From contig OZ252098.1 in NCBI GenBank assembly GCA_965248355.1, positions 1,280,001 to 1,344,000 of the forward strand: DNA of 64,000 nt. The letters are read 5' to 3'. Source of the DNA: Candidatus Latescibacterota bacterium. Lineage in GTDB: Bacteria; Latescibacterota; UBA2968; UBA8231. The translations under genes were made by a program, and so were the position numbers. Positions 1 through 9,719 of the stretch are shown piece after piece (position 1 is the first letter of the stretch; every line of letters begins with the position of its first letter). The notes under the pieces were generated by a model, which saw nothing but the letters and a program-made list of their open reading frames with translations, ran no database searches and was not told where the DNA came from.

Positions 1-29
1 CGGCCTTGTTCGAGCCCTCCCGGATCGAG

Positions 30-58
30 TTGACAGTTTTCTCGGTCCTCTCTAGATA
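30..58 (+). promoter_or_regulatory. Possible sigma70-type promoter for the ferredoxin gene
   Basis: Perfect TTGACA at 30-35, 17-nt spacer, then a weak -10 (TAGATA). Confidence 0.35.
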
Positions 59-121
59 TAGGTCCGGTTCGCGGCTGGAATGCCCCCGTGACCGGAAAGG
101 CTGACCGGAGATTAAGGATTC

Positions 122-376
122 ATGACCTACATCATCGCCGAACCCTGCATCGACGTGAAGGACAAGGCTTGCGTCGAGGTATGCCCGGTGGACTGCATCC
201 ATCCAGTGGACGGCGAAGGGGTTCCCATGCTCTACATCGACCCCGACGAGTGCATCGACTGCGGGGCCTGCGAGCCCGAGTGCCCCGTGGAAGCGATCTT
301 TGCCGAAGAGGACTTGCCGGAAGAGTGGAACAAATATCTCGAGATCAACGCCGCCTACTTCAGGGATCAACAGTAG
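122..376 (+). CDS. fdxA: 7Fe (3Fe-4S/4Fe-4S) dicluster ferredoxin
   Basis: MTYIIAEPC...[10 protein letters not shown] and [12 protein letters not shown] motifs; AAGGA RBS upstream. Confidence 0.92.
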   Translation: MTYIIAEPCIDVKDKACVEVCPVDCIHPVDGEGVPMLYIDPDECIDCGACEPECPVEAIFAEEDLPEEWNKYLEINAAYFRDQQ

Positions 377-414
377 GCGTCCTCCCGGGTTTTCCACCGA
401 CTCGACCAGCGGAT

Positions 415-447
415 ACGGGCGGCGGCTCTTGTCGAGCCGCCGCCCGT
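415..447 (+). terminator. GC-rich hairpin after the ferredoxin gene (terminator or mRNA-processing stem)
   Basis: ACGGGCGGCGGCTC-ttgtc-GAGCCGCCGCCCGT, a perfect 14-bp stem; U-tract is weak. Confidence 0.6.
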
Positions 448-459
448 TAATCTGTCGCC

Positions 460-1530
460 ATGGCCAGATCCCGCCCCGAAGGAAAGTCCGGGCCGAAGCG
501 CGCCGACGACCGGCGTCGCCGGTCGAGCGATTCGACGAGATCCCCTTCGACCGCACCGCGTCCCTCGGGGCGACCGGATCCCGACCTGCTGTGGTTCCTG
601 TACCGCAAGATGGTCGAGATCCGCAAGTTCGAGGAACACGTCTGGGACGTGTACACGCGGGGGTGGATGCCGGGGCTGGCCCACTTGTACATAGGCGAGG
701 AGGGAGTCGCCGTCGGAGCCTGCGCCGCCCTTCGCGAAGATGACTACATCACCTCGACCCACCGGGGGCACGGGCACTGCCTGGCCAAGGGCGCCCGCCT
801 CGACCGGATGATGGCCGAGATCATGGGCAAGGAGTCGGGCTACTGCCGCGGCAAGGGCGGATCGATGCACATCGCCGACGTCTCCCAGGGGAACCTGGGG
901 GCCAACGGAATCGTCGGGGGCAGCTTTGGAATCGCCACCGGCGCCGCCCTGTCCGCCAAGCTGCGCGGGACCGGCCAGGTGGCGGTCTGCTTCTTCGGCG
1001 ACGGCGCGGCGAACCAGGGCATTCTGTTGGAGACGGCCAACATGGCCGTCATCTGGGACCTGCCGGCGATCTACCTGTGCGAGAACAACCAGTACGGGGA
1101 ACATACCCCCTTCGAGTCGGTTACCGGCGTCCGGGAAATCGTCGAGCGGGCCAAAGGTCTGGGCATGGAGGGAGTACGGATCGACGGCTCCGACGTGCTC
1201 GCCGTCCACCAGGCCGTGTCGGAGGGGGTCGCCAAGGCCCGAGGCGGCGGCGGCCCGACCTTCATCGAAGCCGTCACCTACCGCTTCCGAGGCCATCACG
1301 TGGGCGACGCCGCGCCCTACCGCACCAAGGAGGAGCTCGGCTGGTGGATGGAGAACAAGGATCCCATCCATCTCCTGGGCCGGCAGATGAGCAAGGCCAG
1401 GATGGCCACCGCCGCCCAACTGGACGAGATCCAGCAGCGGGTGGAGGAGGAGGTCCTGGCGGCGGTCGAGTTCGCCCGGAACGAACCCGATCCCGACCCC
1501 GCGCAGGCCCTCGAGGACGTGTACGCCTAG
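460..1530 (+). CDS. TPP-dependent dehydrogenase E1 alpha subunit (acetoin/pyruvate dehydrogenase family)
   Basis: HLYIGEE, STHRGHGH, GKGGSMH, TPP motif GDGA...NNQY, YRFRGHH. True start may lie further downstream. Confidence 0.9.
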   Translation: MARSRPEGKSGPKRADDRRRRSSDSTRSPSTAPRPSGRPDPDLLWFLYRKMVEIRKFEEHVWDVYTRGWMPGLAHLYIGEEGVAVGACAALREDDYITSTHRGHGHCLAKGARLDRMMAEIMGKESGYCRGKGGSMHIADVSQGNLGANGIVGGSFGIATGAALSAKLRGTGQVAVCFFGDGAANQGILLETANMAVIWDLPAIYLCENNQYGEHTPFESVTGVREIVERAKGLGMEGVRIDGSDVLAVHQAVSEGVAKARGGGGPTFIEAVTYRFRGHHVGDAAPYRTKEELGWWMENKDPIHLLGRQMSKARMATAAQLDEIQQRVEEEVLAAVEFARNEPDPDPAQALEDVYA

Positions 1531-1538
1531 AGGGGCCG

Positions 1539-2516
1539 ATGACGCGAGAGATCACCTTCCGCGAGGCCGTGTGCGAGGCCATGGCCGAGGAGATGAGGCG
1601 CGATCCGAGGGTCGTCCTCATCGGCGAGGACGTGGGCCGGTCCGGGGGGATCTTCAAGTGCAGCGAGGGGCTGCACGAGGAGTTCGGCCCCGAGCGCGTC
1701 ATCGACGCGCCGATTTCCGAGGCGGGCTACGTCGGTGTCAGCGTCGGCGCGGCCATGACCGGCCTGCGGCCCATCGCCGAGCTGATGTTCGGGGACTTCT
1801 CCCTGCTCACCATGGATCAGCTCGTCAACCAGGCGGCCAAGATCCGCTACATGACCGGCGGCCAGTGCAAGGTGCCCCTCACCGTTCGTCTGACCATGGG
1901 GGCGGGCCGGTCCTCGGCGGCCCAGCACTCCCAGTCCCTGCACGCCCTGTTCGCCCACATCCCCGGGCTGAAAGTCGTCATCCCCTCCTGTCCCGCCGAC
2001 GCCAAGGGCCTGCTGAAGTCGGCGATCCGGGACGACAACCCGGTTCTCGTCTTCGAGGACAAGATGATGTACAACGACAGTGGTCCGGTGCCCGAGGAGG
2101 AGGCCACGATCCCCCTCGGCCGGGCGGAGATCCGCAGGAGGGGATCGGACGTCGCCCTGGTGGCCACGTCGAGCATGGTCGGCGCCGCCCTCGAGGCGGC
2201 CGAGACTCTCGCCCTCGAGGGGGTGCAGGCGGAGGTCGTCGATCTCCGCAGCCTCTTCCCCCTCGACGCCGATGCCCTCGTGGCCTCGGCGAAGAAGACG
2301 GGCTACGTCGTCATCGTGGACGAGGGCACCCGGCGCTTCGGCGTGACCGGCGAACTGGCCTCCGTCATTCAGGAAGGCGCCTTCGACTGGCTCGACGGGC
2401 CGGTCGTTCGAGTCGCCGCCGCCGACGTGCCCATCCCCTTCAGTCCCGCCCTCGAGATGCCCACGATCCCCGATGCGGCTCGCATCGTGGAGGCCGTGCA
2501 CAGCATGCGGGGTTGA
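1539..2516 (+). CDS. TPP-dependent dehydrogenase E1 beta subunit
   Basis: IGEDVG, DAPISE, GLRPIAE, AAQHSQS, EVVDLRSL; ATG at 1539 after GAGGGG. Confidence 0.9.
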   Translation: MTREITFREAVCEAMAEEMRRDPRVVLIGEDVGRSGGIFKCSEGLHEEFGPERVIDAPISEAGYVGVSVGAAMTGLRPIAELMFGDFSLLTMDQLVNQAAKIRYMTGGQCKVPLTVRLTMGAGRSSAAQHSQSLHALFAHIPGLKVVIPSCPADAKGLLKSAIRDDNPVLVFEDKMMYNDSGPVPEEEATIPLGRAEIRRRGSDVALVATSSMVGAALEAAETLALEGVQAEVVDLRSLFPLDADALVASAKKTGYVVIVDEGTRRFGVTGELASVIQEGAFDWLDGPVVRVAAADVPIPFSPALEMPTIPDAARIVEAVHSMRG

Positions 2517-2523
2517 GCAGCGG

Positions 2524-3441
2524 ATGTCCCGACCCCTTTGTCTCGTCACGGGCTCGTCGAGCGGAATCGGCTCCGCCATCGTCCGCCGCTTCGCCGCCCA
2601 CGGCTACGACGTCGTCATTCACTACAACTCCGGACGGGACCGGGCCCGGGCCATCGCCGCCGAGATCGCCGGGCGGCACCAGGCCGCGGCGCACGTCATC
2701 GGCGCCGATCTATCCCGTAAGGACGAGGCCTTCCGTCTCGTCGACGAAGCCTTCGAGCGTTTCGGGCGCCTCGACGTGGCGATCAGCAACAGCGGCGTCG
2801 CCAACTACGTCCACGGGGACGACGGGGAGCTCATCCGGCACCGCTTCCAGGAGTGTCCGCCCGAACATCTCGACCGGGAGATGGCCCGCGTACTCGATCT
2901 CAACTTGATGGGGGCCTACCGCTTCGGCCAGCGGGCCCTGAAGCGCATGATCGAGGCCGCCGAGACGGAGGCCGCCTCCGGGCGGCCGCCCCATCGCAGC
3001 ATCCTCTTCATCACCTCCATCTCCGACGTGGCACCCGAGACGACCCGCATCCCCTATGGTGTCAGCAAGGCCGCCCTCAACCACGTCATCCTCGGCGCCG
3101 CCTTCGAGGCCGGGCCCCACAACATCACCGTGAACGCCCTGCGGCCGGGGGTCGTCGGCACACCGCTGACGGCCCGCCCCTCGGGAGTAAAGGATCCGGC
3201 CTCGGGGCGGGAGTACACGGTGGCGGAGACCTACGGGCTGATGGCCGAAGGAGGCGCCCAGGCCCTTCCGTGGATCGCCGAACCCGACGACATCGCGGTG
3301 GCCGCCTACGCCTTCGCGCGGATTCCCTACATGACGGGGCAACTGGTCGCCGTGGACGGCGGATTCACGCTCGCCAACGGTTTCCCGAACCGCGATCTGT
3401 TTCTGAACGAGGGGTTGCGCAGACGCCACGGAGGTGGCTGA
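2524..3441 (+). CDS. SDR family oxidoreductase
   Basis: TGSSSGIG Rossmann motif, catalytic YGVSK, VNALRPG, C-terminal TGQLVAVDGG. Confidence 0.88.
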   Translation: MSRPLCLVTGSSSGIGSAIVRRFAAHGYDVVIHYNSGRDRARAIAAEIAGRHQAAAHVIGADLSRKDEAFRLVDEAFERFGRLDVAISNSGVANYVHGDDGELIRHRFQECPPEHLDREMARVLDLNLMGAYRFGQRALKRMIEAAETEAASGRPPHRSILFITSISDVAPETTRIPYGVSKAALNHVILGAAFEAGPHNITVNALRPGVVGTPLTARPSGVKDPASGREYTVAETYGLMAEGGAQALPWIAEPDDIAVAAYAFARIPYMTGQLVAVDGGFTLANGFPNRDLFLNEGLRRRHGGG

Positions 3442-3484
3442 GGGGGCCGCGTCTGCAGGGCGCCTGACCGGCGGGGTTGGCGCC

Positions 3485-4237
3485 TCAGTGCTCCTTGATG
3501 CTTCCCATTCGGATGTCGATGTCCTCGCGGTTGGCTACGCGCTCAAGGGCACCGTCGCGGATCCAGGCCATCCGGTCGCAGGCGCTCAGCATCTTGTCGT
3601 CGTGGGTCACGGTGATGATCGTCGAGCCCATCTCCGCCCGCAGCTTCTTCATGTAGTCGATGATCGTCTGGCCCGTGTTGCTGTCGAGGTTGCCCGTGGG
3701 TTCGTCGGCGAGGATGATCCTCGGACTGTTGACGAAGGCCCGGGCGATGGCGACGCGCTGCTGCTGTCCGCCGCTCAACTCCGAGGGCAGGTGGTGGGCG
3801 CGGTCGGCCAGACCGACGATGTCCAGACATTCCATGGCCCGCTTCTCGCCGTCGGCGGTGCTCAGGCCCGCGAAGATCGTCGGCAGAGCGACGTTCATCA
3901 GAGCGCTCATCACCGGCAGCAGGTTGTAGGTCTGGAAGATGTATCCCAGCTCGAAGCAGCGAACGGCGGCCAGCTTCTGCGGAGACAGGGAGGCCAGGTT
4001 GACCCCCTCGATCAGGACCTCGCCGGAGGTGGGTGTCTGCAGCGCGCCGATCTGGTTGAACAAGGTGCTCTTGCCCGAGCCGGAGGGCCCCATGATGGCG
4101 AAGAACTCGTTCTCGTAGACCTTGACAGTCAGACCGCGCAAGGCATGGACATGGGTCGACTCGTCTCGGTTCTTCGCGTTGTAGACCATCCTCACCTCGC
4201 GAACATCGACGATGACGGAACCACTCGTCTGCGCCAT
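3485..4237 (-). CDS. ABC transporter ATP-binding protein (LolD/MacB-like)
   Basis: Walker [38 protein letters not shown]. Confidence 0.92.
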   Translation of the reverse strand: MAQTSGSVIVDVREVRMVYNAKNRDESTHVHALRGLTVKVYENEFFAIMGPSGSGKSTLFNQIGALQTPTSGEVLIEGVNLASLSPQKLAAVRCFELGYIFQTYNLLPVMSALMNVALPTIFAGLSTADGEKRAMECLDIVGLADRAHHLPSELSGGQQQRVAIARAFVNSPRIILADEPTGNLDSNTGQTIIDYMKKLRAEMGSTIITVTHDDKMLSACDRMAWIRDGALERVANREDIDIRMGSIKEH

Positions 4238-4320
4238 GGGCCGGTCTATTCCTTGACGGATTTCAGCGGGCTCAACCCGCGTGGAGGGGCTTCCGGGCGT
4301 CCCGAGGGCCGCCTCGCCCC

Positions 4321-4350
4321 AATGTAATCCGAACCCCCGAGGGGGGTCAA
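4321..4350 (-). promoter_or_regulatory. Possible sigma70 promoter for the ABC ATPase
   Basis: Minus strand TTGACC-N18-TACATT in the uvrB/ABC intergenic region. Confidence 0.4.
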
Positions 4351-4394
4351 TCGAGAGGGACCGCCTACCTCCGACTGGCCGGGATTTCGGCTCG

Positions 4395-6404
4395 TCAGCC
4401 CGCCCTCCTGTCGCTGTCCTGCTCCTTCAGACGGGCGATCTCGTCGCGCAGCCCTGCGGCCTTCTCGAACTCCAGGGCCGCCGCGGCCACGTTCATCTGA
4501 CGCTCGAGCTCGGCCAGCATGTCCTCCACGGCATCCTCCGCCGCCCCCGCCGAGTAGTCCCTCCGGGGACGCTCGGCCGCCGCCTCCGCCTGCTTGACTC
4601 TCTCCAGCACCGATGTGGTCTGCAGGATGTCCGCCCGGGTCCGCCGAATCGTCTGCGGCGTGATGCCGTGCTCCTCGTTGAAGGCGTGCTGCAACCGCCG
4701 CCGCCGCCCGGTCTCCTCGATCGTCCGCTGCATCGAGTTCGTCACCTTGTCGCCGTAGAGGATGACGAGTCCGGCGGCGTTGCGGGCGGCCCGTCCCACC
4801 GTCTGGATCAGGGCCTGCTCGGAGCGCAGGAACCCCTCCTTGTCGGCGTCGAGAATGGCCACGAGGGAGACCTCGGGCAGGTCCAGGCCCTCGCGCAGCA
4901 GGTTGATCCCCACCAGGACATCGAACTCCCCCAGGCGGAGATCCCGCAGGATGCCGACCCTGTCGAGGGTGTCGATCTCGGAGTGCAGGTAGCGGGCGCG
5001 GAACCCGAGTTGAGCCAGGTAATCGGTGAGTTTCTCGGCCATGCGCTTGGTCAGCACGGTGACAAGGACTCGCTCGCTCTTCTCCGCGCGAGCCCTGATC
5101 TCCTCCATGAGGTCGTCGACCTGGTTGCCCAGGGGCCGGACCTCGATGACCGGGTCGACCAGCCCCGTGGGGCGGATCACCTGCTCGACCACCATTCCCC
5201 CCGCCCGCTCCAGCTCGTAGGCGGCGGGCGTGGCCGAAAGGAAGATCGTCTGCCCCATGTGCTCCTCGAACTCCTCGAAGTACAGAGGCCGGTTGTCGTA
5301 CGCCGAAGGCAGGCGGAAGCCGTGCTCGACGAGCATGTCCTTGCGCGAGCGGTCTCCCCGCCACATGCCCCGCACCTGGGGAATCGTCATGTGCGACTCG
5401 TCGATGAACAGCAGGAAGTCGTCGGGGAAATAATCCATCAGCACCCACGGCGGCGCCCCGGGTTCGCGGTGGTCCATGTAGCGCGAGTAGTTCTCGATCC
5501 CCGGGCAGTAGCCGATCTCCCGGATCATCTCGACATCGTAGCGGGTACGCGTCTCCAGGCGGTGGGCCTCGACGAGCTTCTCCTGCTCCTGCAGCTCCAG
5601 CAGCCGCTGCTCGAGTTCCAGAAGGATCGCCTCGCAGGCGCGCTCGATCTTGTCCTCGTCGGTGACGTAGGCCTTGGCGGGATAGAGGGTGACCCCCTGG
5701 CGTTCGTCGACCTGGCTTCCCGTGACCGTATCGAGGATGGTGATCGCCTCCACCTCGTCCCCGAACAGCTCGATGTGAACCGCGAGATCCTCGGCGGCGG
5801 GAACGACTTCGACCACGTCGCCGCGCACCCGGAAGCAGCCGCGCCTCAGCTCCAGATCGTTGCGGCTGTAGTAGATGTCGATCAGGCGGCGGAGCAGATC
5901 GTCCCGTTCGATGCGCTCCCCCACCCTGACGGTGAGGCGCTGGGCCTCGAATTCGCGGGGCGAGCCGAGCCCGTAGATGCAGGAGACGGTGGAGACGATG
6001 ATCGTGTCCCGGCGCTCGAGGAGGGAGCTCATCGCTTTCAGGCGCAGGCGGTCGATCTCCTCGTTGATATCGACCTCCTTCTCGATATAGGTGTCGGTGG
6101 CGGGCCGGTAGGCCTCGGGCTGGTAGTAGTCGTAGTAGCTGACGAAGTACTCCACCGCGTGGTCCGGGAAGTAGCCCCGCAGTTCACCGTAGAGCTGGGC
6201 GGCCAGGGTCTTGTTGTGGGAGATGACCAGGGCCGGCCGGTCGAAGTGAGCGATGACGTTGGCCATGGTGAACGTCTTGCCGCTGCCCGTAACCCCCAGA
6301 AGGGTCTGGCACGGGACCTCCCGCTCGATGCCCTCGACGAGCTCGGCGAGGGCCCGCGGCTGGTCGCCCTGCGGCTCGTAGTCGGCGACGAGGCGGTATG
6401 ACAC
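4395..6404 (-). CDS. uvrB: Excinuclease ABC subunit B
   Basis: [41 protein letters not shown]-terminal UVR motif ([11 protein letters not shown]). Confidence 0.98.
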   Translation of the reverse strand: MSYRLVADYEPQGDQPRALAELVEGIEREVPCQTLLGVTGSGKTFTMANVIAHFDRPALVISHNKTLAAQLYGELRGYFPDHAVEYFVSYYDYYQPEAYRPATDTYIEKEVDINEEIDRLRLKAMSSLLERRDTIIVSTVSCIYGLGSPREFEAQRLTVRVGERIERDDLLRRLIDIYYSRNDLELRRGCFRVRGDVVEVVPAAEDLAVHIELFGDEVEAITILDTVTGSQVDERQGVTLYPAKAYVTDEDKIERACEAILLELEQRLLELQEQEKLVEAHRLETRTRYDVEMIREIGYCPGIENYSRYMDHREPGAPPWVLMDYFPDDFLLFIDESHMTIPQVRGMWRGDRSRKDMLVEHGFRLPSAYDNRPLYFEEFEEHMGQTIFLSATPAAYELERAGGMVVEQVIRPTGLVDPVIEVRPLGNQVDDLMEEIRARAEKSERVLVTVLTKRMAEKLTDYLAQLGFRARYLHSEIDTLDRVGILRDLRLGEFDVLVGINLLREGLDLPEVSLVAILDADKEGFLRSEQALIQTVGRAARNAAGLVILYGDKVTNSMQRTIEETGRRRRLQHAFNEEHGITPQTIRRTRADILQTTSVLERVKQAEAAAERPRRDYSAGAAEDAVEDMLAELERQMNVAAAALEFEKAAGLRDEIARLKEQDSDRRAG

Positions 6405-6648
6405 GGGCCGAAACTCCTTGTCTCTCAGATGGATACACCTGCCGGGGAGGAACCCTGCGTCGAATCTATGATCCCTGGAGAAACCCTGTCAACGTTCCCT
6501 CGCTCGTCCTGCTGCTGAATTGTCAGCATGGCAGCTTTTCATGCCCTATTTGCAGCACCACCAGCCTCTGGGGGAGGGATTGGGAAGAGCTGGCCTTGGC
6601 AGTTATCTCATTGCAGGACAACGGATTGTCCAAGTCCTTTCAAGACCA

Positions 6649-6663
6649 TGGTACGAATGTTGC
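6649..6663 (+). promoter_or_regulatory. Putative sigma54 (-24/-12) promoter upstream of dnaK
   Basis: TGGTACGAATGTTGC matches TGGCACG-N4-TTGC with exact GG-N10-GC spacing, about 55 nt before the dnaK start. Confidence 0.7.
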
Positions 6664-6718
6664 GTGAGGGGAGTTCCTTACTCGCGGCATCCATTGGCAA
6701 CACATGACAGGGAGCTGA

Positions 6719-8665
6719 ATGATGGCCAAGGTGATCGGTATCGATCTGGGAACGACGAATTCCTGCGTGGCGGTGATGGAAGGCTCGGAGCCGGCGGTGA
6801 TCGCCAATTCGGAGGGCGGCCGCACGACGCCGTCCATGGTGGCCTTCGCCAAGGACGGGGAACGGCTGGTGGGCCAGACGGCCAAGCGCCAGGCGGTGAC
6901 CAACCCGACGAATACGGTCTTCTCCATCAAGCGCTTCATGGGGCGCCGCTTCGAGGAGGTCGCCCAGGAAATCACGGAGGTGCCTTACGCGGTGAAGAAG
7001 GGACCTCGGGACCTGGCGGTGGTGGAGATCGAGGGGGACTCGTCGACGCCGCCGGAGATCTCCGCCATGATCCTGCAGAAAATGAAGCAGACGGCCGACG
7101 ACTACCTTGGCGAACCCGTGACGCAGGCGGTGATCACCGTGCCGGCCTATTTCAACGACGCCCAGCGTCAGGCGACCAAGGACGCGGGCGCGATCGCCGG
7201 TCTGGAGGTGCTGCGCATCGTCAACGAGCCGACGGCGGCGGCACTGGCCTACGGGCTGGACCGGGAGACATCGTCGGAGAAGATCGCGGTCTACGACCTG
7301 GGCGGCGGCACCTTCGACATCTCGATCCTGGAGCTGGGTGACGGCGTCTTCGAGGTGAAGTCGACGAACGGGGACACGCACTTGGGCGGTGACGACTTCG
7401 ACCAGCGGGTGATCGACTGGATGGCGGCTGACTTCCAGGCCAAGGAGGGCATCGACCTTCGCCGGGACCCCATGGCCCTGCAACGGTTGAAGGAGGCGGC
7501 GGAGAAGGCCAAGTGCGAGCTGTCCTCGTCGGGGGCCACGGAGATTCACCTGCCCTTCATCACCGCCGATCAGACGGGTCCGAAGCACCTGCAGATGAAC
7601 CTGAGCCGGGCGCGCTTCGAGCAGCTGGTGGAGGATCTGGTGCAGCGCACGCGGGGTCCCTGCGAGCAGGCGCTGAAGGACGCGGGACTGCCGGCCGATC
7701 AGATCGACGCGGTGATCCTGGTGGGCGGCTCGACGAGAATGCCGAAGGTCCAGGAGCTGGTCAAGGAGCTGTTCGGTCAAGAGCCGCACCGGGGGGTGAA
7801 CCCGGACGAGGTGGTGGCCGTCGGGGCGGCGATCCAGGCGGGGGTGCTGTCGGGTGAGGTGGACGACGTGCTTCTGCTCGACGTGACGCCCCTGTCGCTG
7901 GGGATCGAGACCATGGGCGGGGTGATGACCAAACTGATGGAGCGCAACACGACGATCCCCACGAACAAGAGCCAGATGTTCTCCACGGCGGCCGACAACC
8001 AGCCCTCCGTGGAGGTCCACGTGTTGCAGGGCGAGCGGGAGTTCGCCGCCGACAACCGTACGCTGGGTCGGTTTCACCTGGACGGCATCCCTTCGGCGCC
8101 GCGCGGCATGCCGCAGATCGAGGTGAGCTTCGACATCGATGCCAACGGCATTCTCAACGTGCAGGCGCGGGACAAGGGCACCAACAAGGAGCAGTCGATC
8201 CGTATCGAGTCGTCAAGCGGCCTCAGCTCGGCGGAGGTCGAGCGGATGCAAAAGGAGGCGGAGGCCAACGCCGAGCAGGACAAGGCCCGTCGGGGCCAGG
8301 TGGACAAGCGCAACGAGGCCGACCAGCTGGTCTACGCCACCGAGAAGAGCCTGAAGGAGCACGGAGACAAGCTCGCCGAGGCGGATCGACAGGCGGTGGA
8401 GCAGGCCCTGGGCGAGACTCGCAAGGCCCTGGAGGGAGAGGATCCGGCGGCGGTCGAGACGGCGGTGAACCAGCTGCAGCAGGCCTCCCACAAGCTGGCC
8501 GAAGTGGTCTATGCCGAGGCCCAGCAGGGGGGGGAGCCCCCGTCGGGGACCGCCGGGCCGCAGGGACAGGAGCCTGAGGGGGCCGAGGCGAAGGACCAGA
8601 ACCAGGGCGCCGTGGACGCCGACTTCGAGGTGGTGGACGAGAACAAGCCCAAGACCGACGGCTAG
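6719..8665 (+). CDS. dnaK: Molecular chaperone DnaK (Hsp70)
   Basis: [36 protein letters not shown]-terminal [15 protein letters not shown]; start at 6719 or 6722. Confidence 0.98.
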   Translation: MMAKVIGIDLGTTNSCVAVMEGSEPAVIANSEGGRTTPSMVAFAKDGERLVGQTAKRQAVTNPTNTVFSIKRFMGRRFEEVAQEITEVPYAVKKGPRDLAVVEIEGDSSTPPEISAMILQKMKQTADDYLGEPVTQAVITVPAYFNDAQRQATKDAGAIAGLEVLRIVNEPTAAALAYGLDRETSSEKIAVYDLGGGTFDISILELGDGVFEVKSTNGDTHLGGDDFDQRVIDWMAADFQAKEGIDLRRDPMALQRLKEAAEKAKCELSSSGATEIHLPFITADQTGPKHLQMNLSRARFEQLVEDLVQRTRGPCEQALKDAGLPADQIDAVILVGGSTRMPKVQELVKELFGQEPHRGVNPDEVVAVGAAIQAGVLSGEVDDVLLLDVTPLSLGIETMGGVMTKLMERNTTIPTNKSQMFSTAADNQPSVEVHVLQGEREFAADNRTLGRFHLDGIPSAPRGMPQIEVSFDIDANGILNVQARDKGTNKEQSIRIESSSGLSSAEVERMQKEAEANAEQDKARRGQVDKRNEADQLVYATEKSLKEHGDKLAEADRQAVEQALGETRKALEGEDPAAVETAVNQLQQASHKLAEVVYAEAQQGGEPPSGTAGPQGQEPEGAEAKDQNQGAVDADFEVVDENKPKTDG

Positions 8666-8672
8666 AAACGAG

Positions 8673-9710
8673 CTACGACGCCGGGCGCAGCAACAGCTTG
8701 AGGCCCTCCTGCCGCTCCATCATCTCGAAACCGCGCCGCCACTCCGCCAGCGGCAACCGGTGGGAGATCAGCTTCTCGTTGTCCATGAGTCCCGAGGCCA
8801 TGAGCTTGAGGGCTCGCTCCCACGCGGTGCGCCGCTGACCGATGCCGCCGCTCACAAGAAGCTCCTTGTAGGCGATCTTCTCGAAGTCGACCTCGACCCG
8901 GCGGCCGGGCAAACCCATGAGTGAGACCTTCCCACGCTTGCGCACGGCCTCGAGAGCCAGATCGATGGCCGCCGCCGCGCCGGCACACTCGATGACGACG
9001 TCGGCCCCGTAACCGCCGCTGAGCTCGGCGATCCGGCCGGCCGCATCCTCGGCGTCCACGTCGAGGACGTGGGGCAACCCGAGTTCGTGCTCCGCGAAGC
9101 GAAGTCGGTCCCGGTCGCGGGAGGTGCCGCACAGCACGACGGATCCTCCTTCGGCGGCCGCCACGAGGGAGCTGAACAGGCCCACGGGGCCGGGACCGAT
9201 CACGGCGACCAGGTCTCCCACGGTGACTCCGGCTTGCTCGATCACGGAGTGCACGCAGCAGGCCAGCAACTCGGTGAGGGCTCCCGCCTCGAAGCTCACC
9301 CCATCCGGCAACCGGTGAACGAGAGTCGCGTTGACGAAGGGCGCGAAGCAGCCGTCGTGGAAGTATCCCATCACCGTCCGCGTCGGACACATGTTGTAGT
9401 GACCGCTGCGGCAGTAGTCGCAGCGACCGCAGATCTCGATGCTCGGCTCGCCGGTGACCCGGTCGCCGACGGCGACCTCGTCGCCCACCTCGCTCCCCTT
9501 CTCCACCACGACGCCGCTGAACTCGTGGCCCATCACCACCGGGGTGCGGATCTTGTAGTTGATCGTGTCGTGATAGATGTGCAGGTCGGATCCACAGATC
9601 CCGGCGGCCCTCACCTCGACCTTGACCTGCCACGGCCCCGGCGGCGCATCGGCCACCTCTCGCATCTCCACGAAGCCGGGACCTCGGTCGTACTTGACGA
9701 CGGCCTGCAC
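8673..9710 (-). CDS. Zn-dependent medium-chain dehydrogenase (sorbitol/threonine dehydrogenase-like)
   Basis: GICGSD, GHE, structural Zn motif CGRCDYC...C, GPGPVG. Confidence 0.9.
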   Translation of the reverse strand: MQAVVKYDRGPGFVEMREVADAPPGPWQVKVEVRAAGICGSDLHIYHDTINYKIRTPVVMGHEFSGVVVEKGSEVGDEVAVGDRVTGEPSIEICGRCDYCRSGHYNMCPTRTVMGYFHDGCFAPFVNATLVHRLPDGVSFEAGALTELLACCVHSVIEQAGVTVGDLVAVIGPGPVGLFSSLVAAAEGGSVVLCGTSRDRDRLRFAEHELGLPHVLDVDAEDAAGRIAELSGGYGADVVIECAGAAAAIDLALEAVRKRGKVSLMGLPGRRVEVDFEKIAYKELLVSGGIGQRRTAWERALKLMASGLMDNEKLISHRLPLAEWRRGFEMMERQEGLKLLLRPAS

Positions 9711-9719
9711 ACCGGGCTC

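Noticed and set aside
4281..6401. Long antisense ORFs (e.g. 4281-6401, 21932-24079, 34297-36243, 42165-44147, 56671-59427)
   Set aside because: They mirror real genes on the opposite strand, as expected from stop-codon scarcity in high-GC DNA, and show no recognisable motifs.
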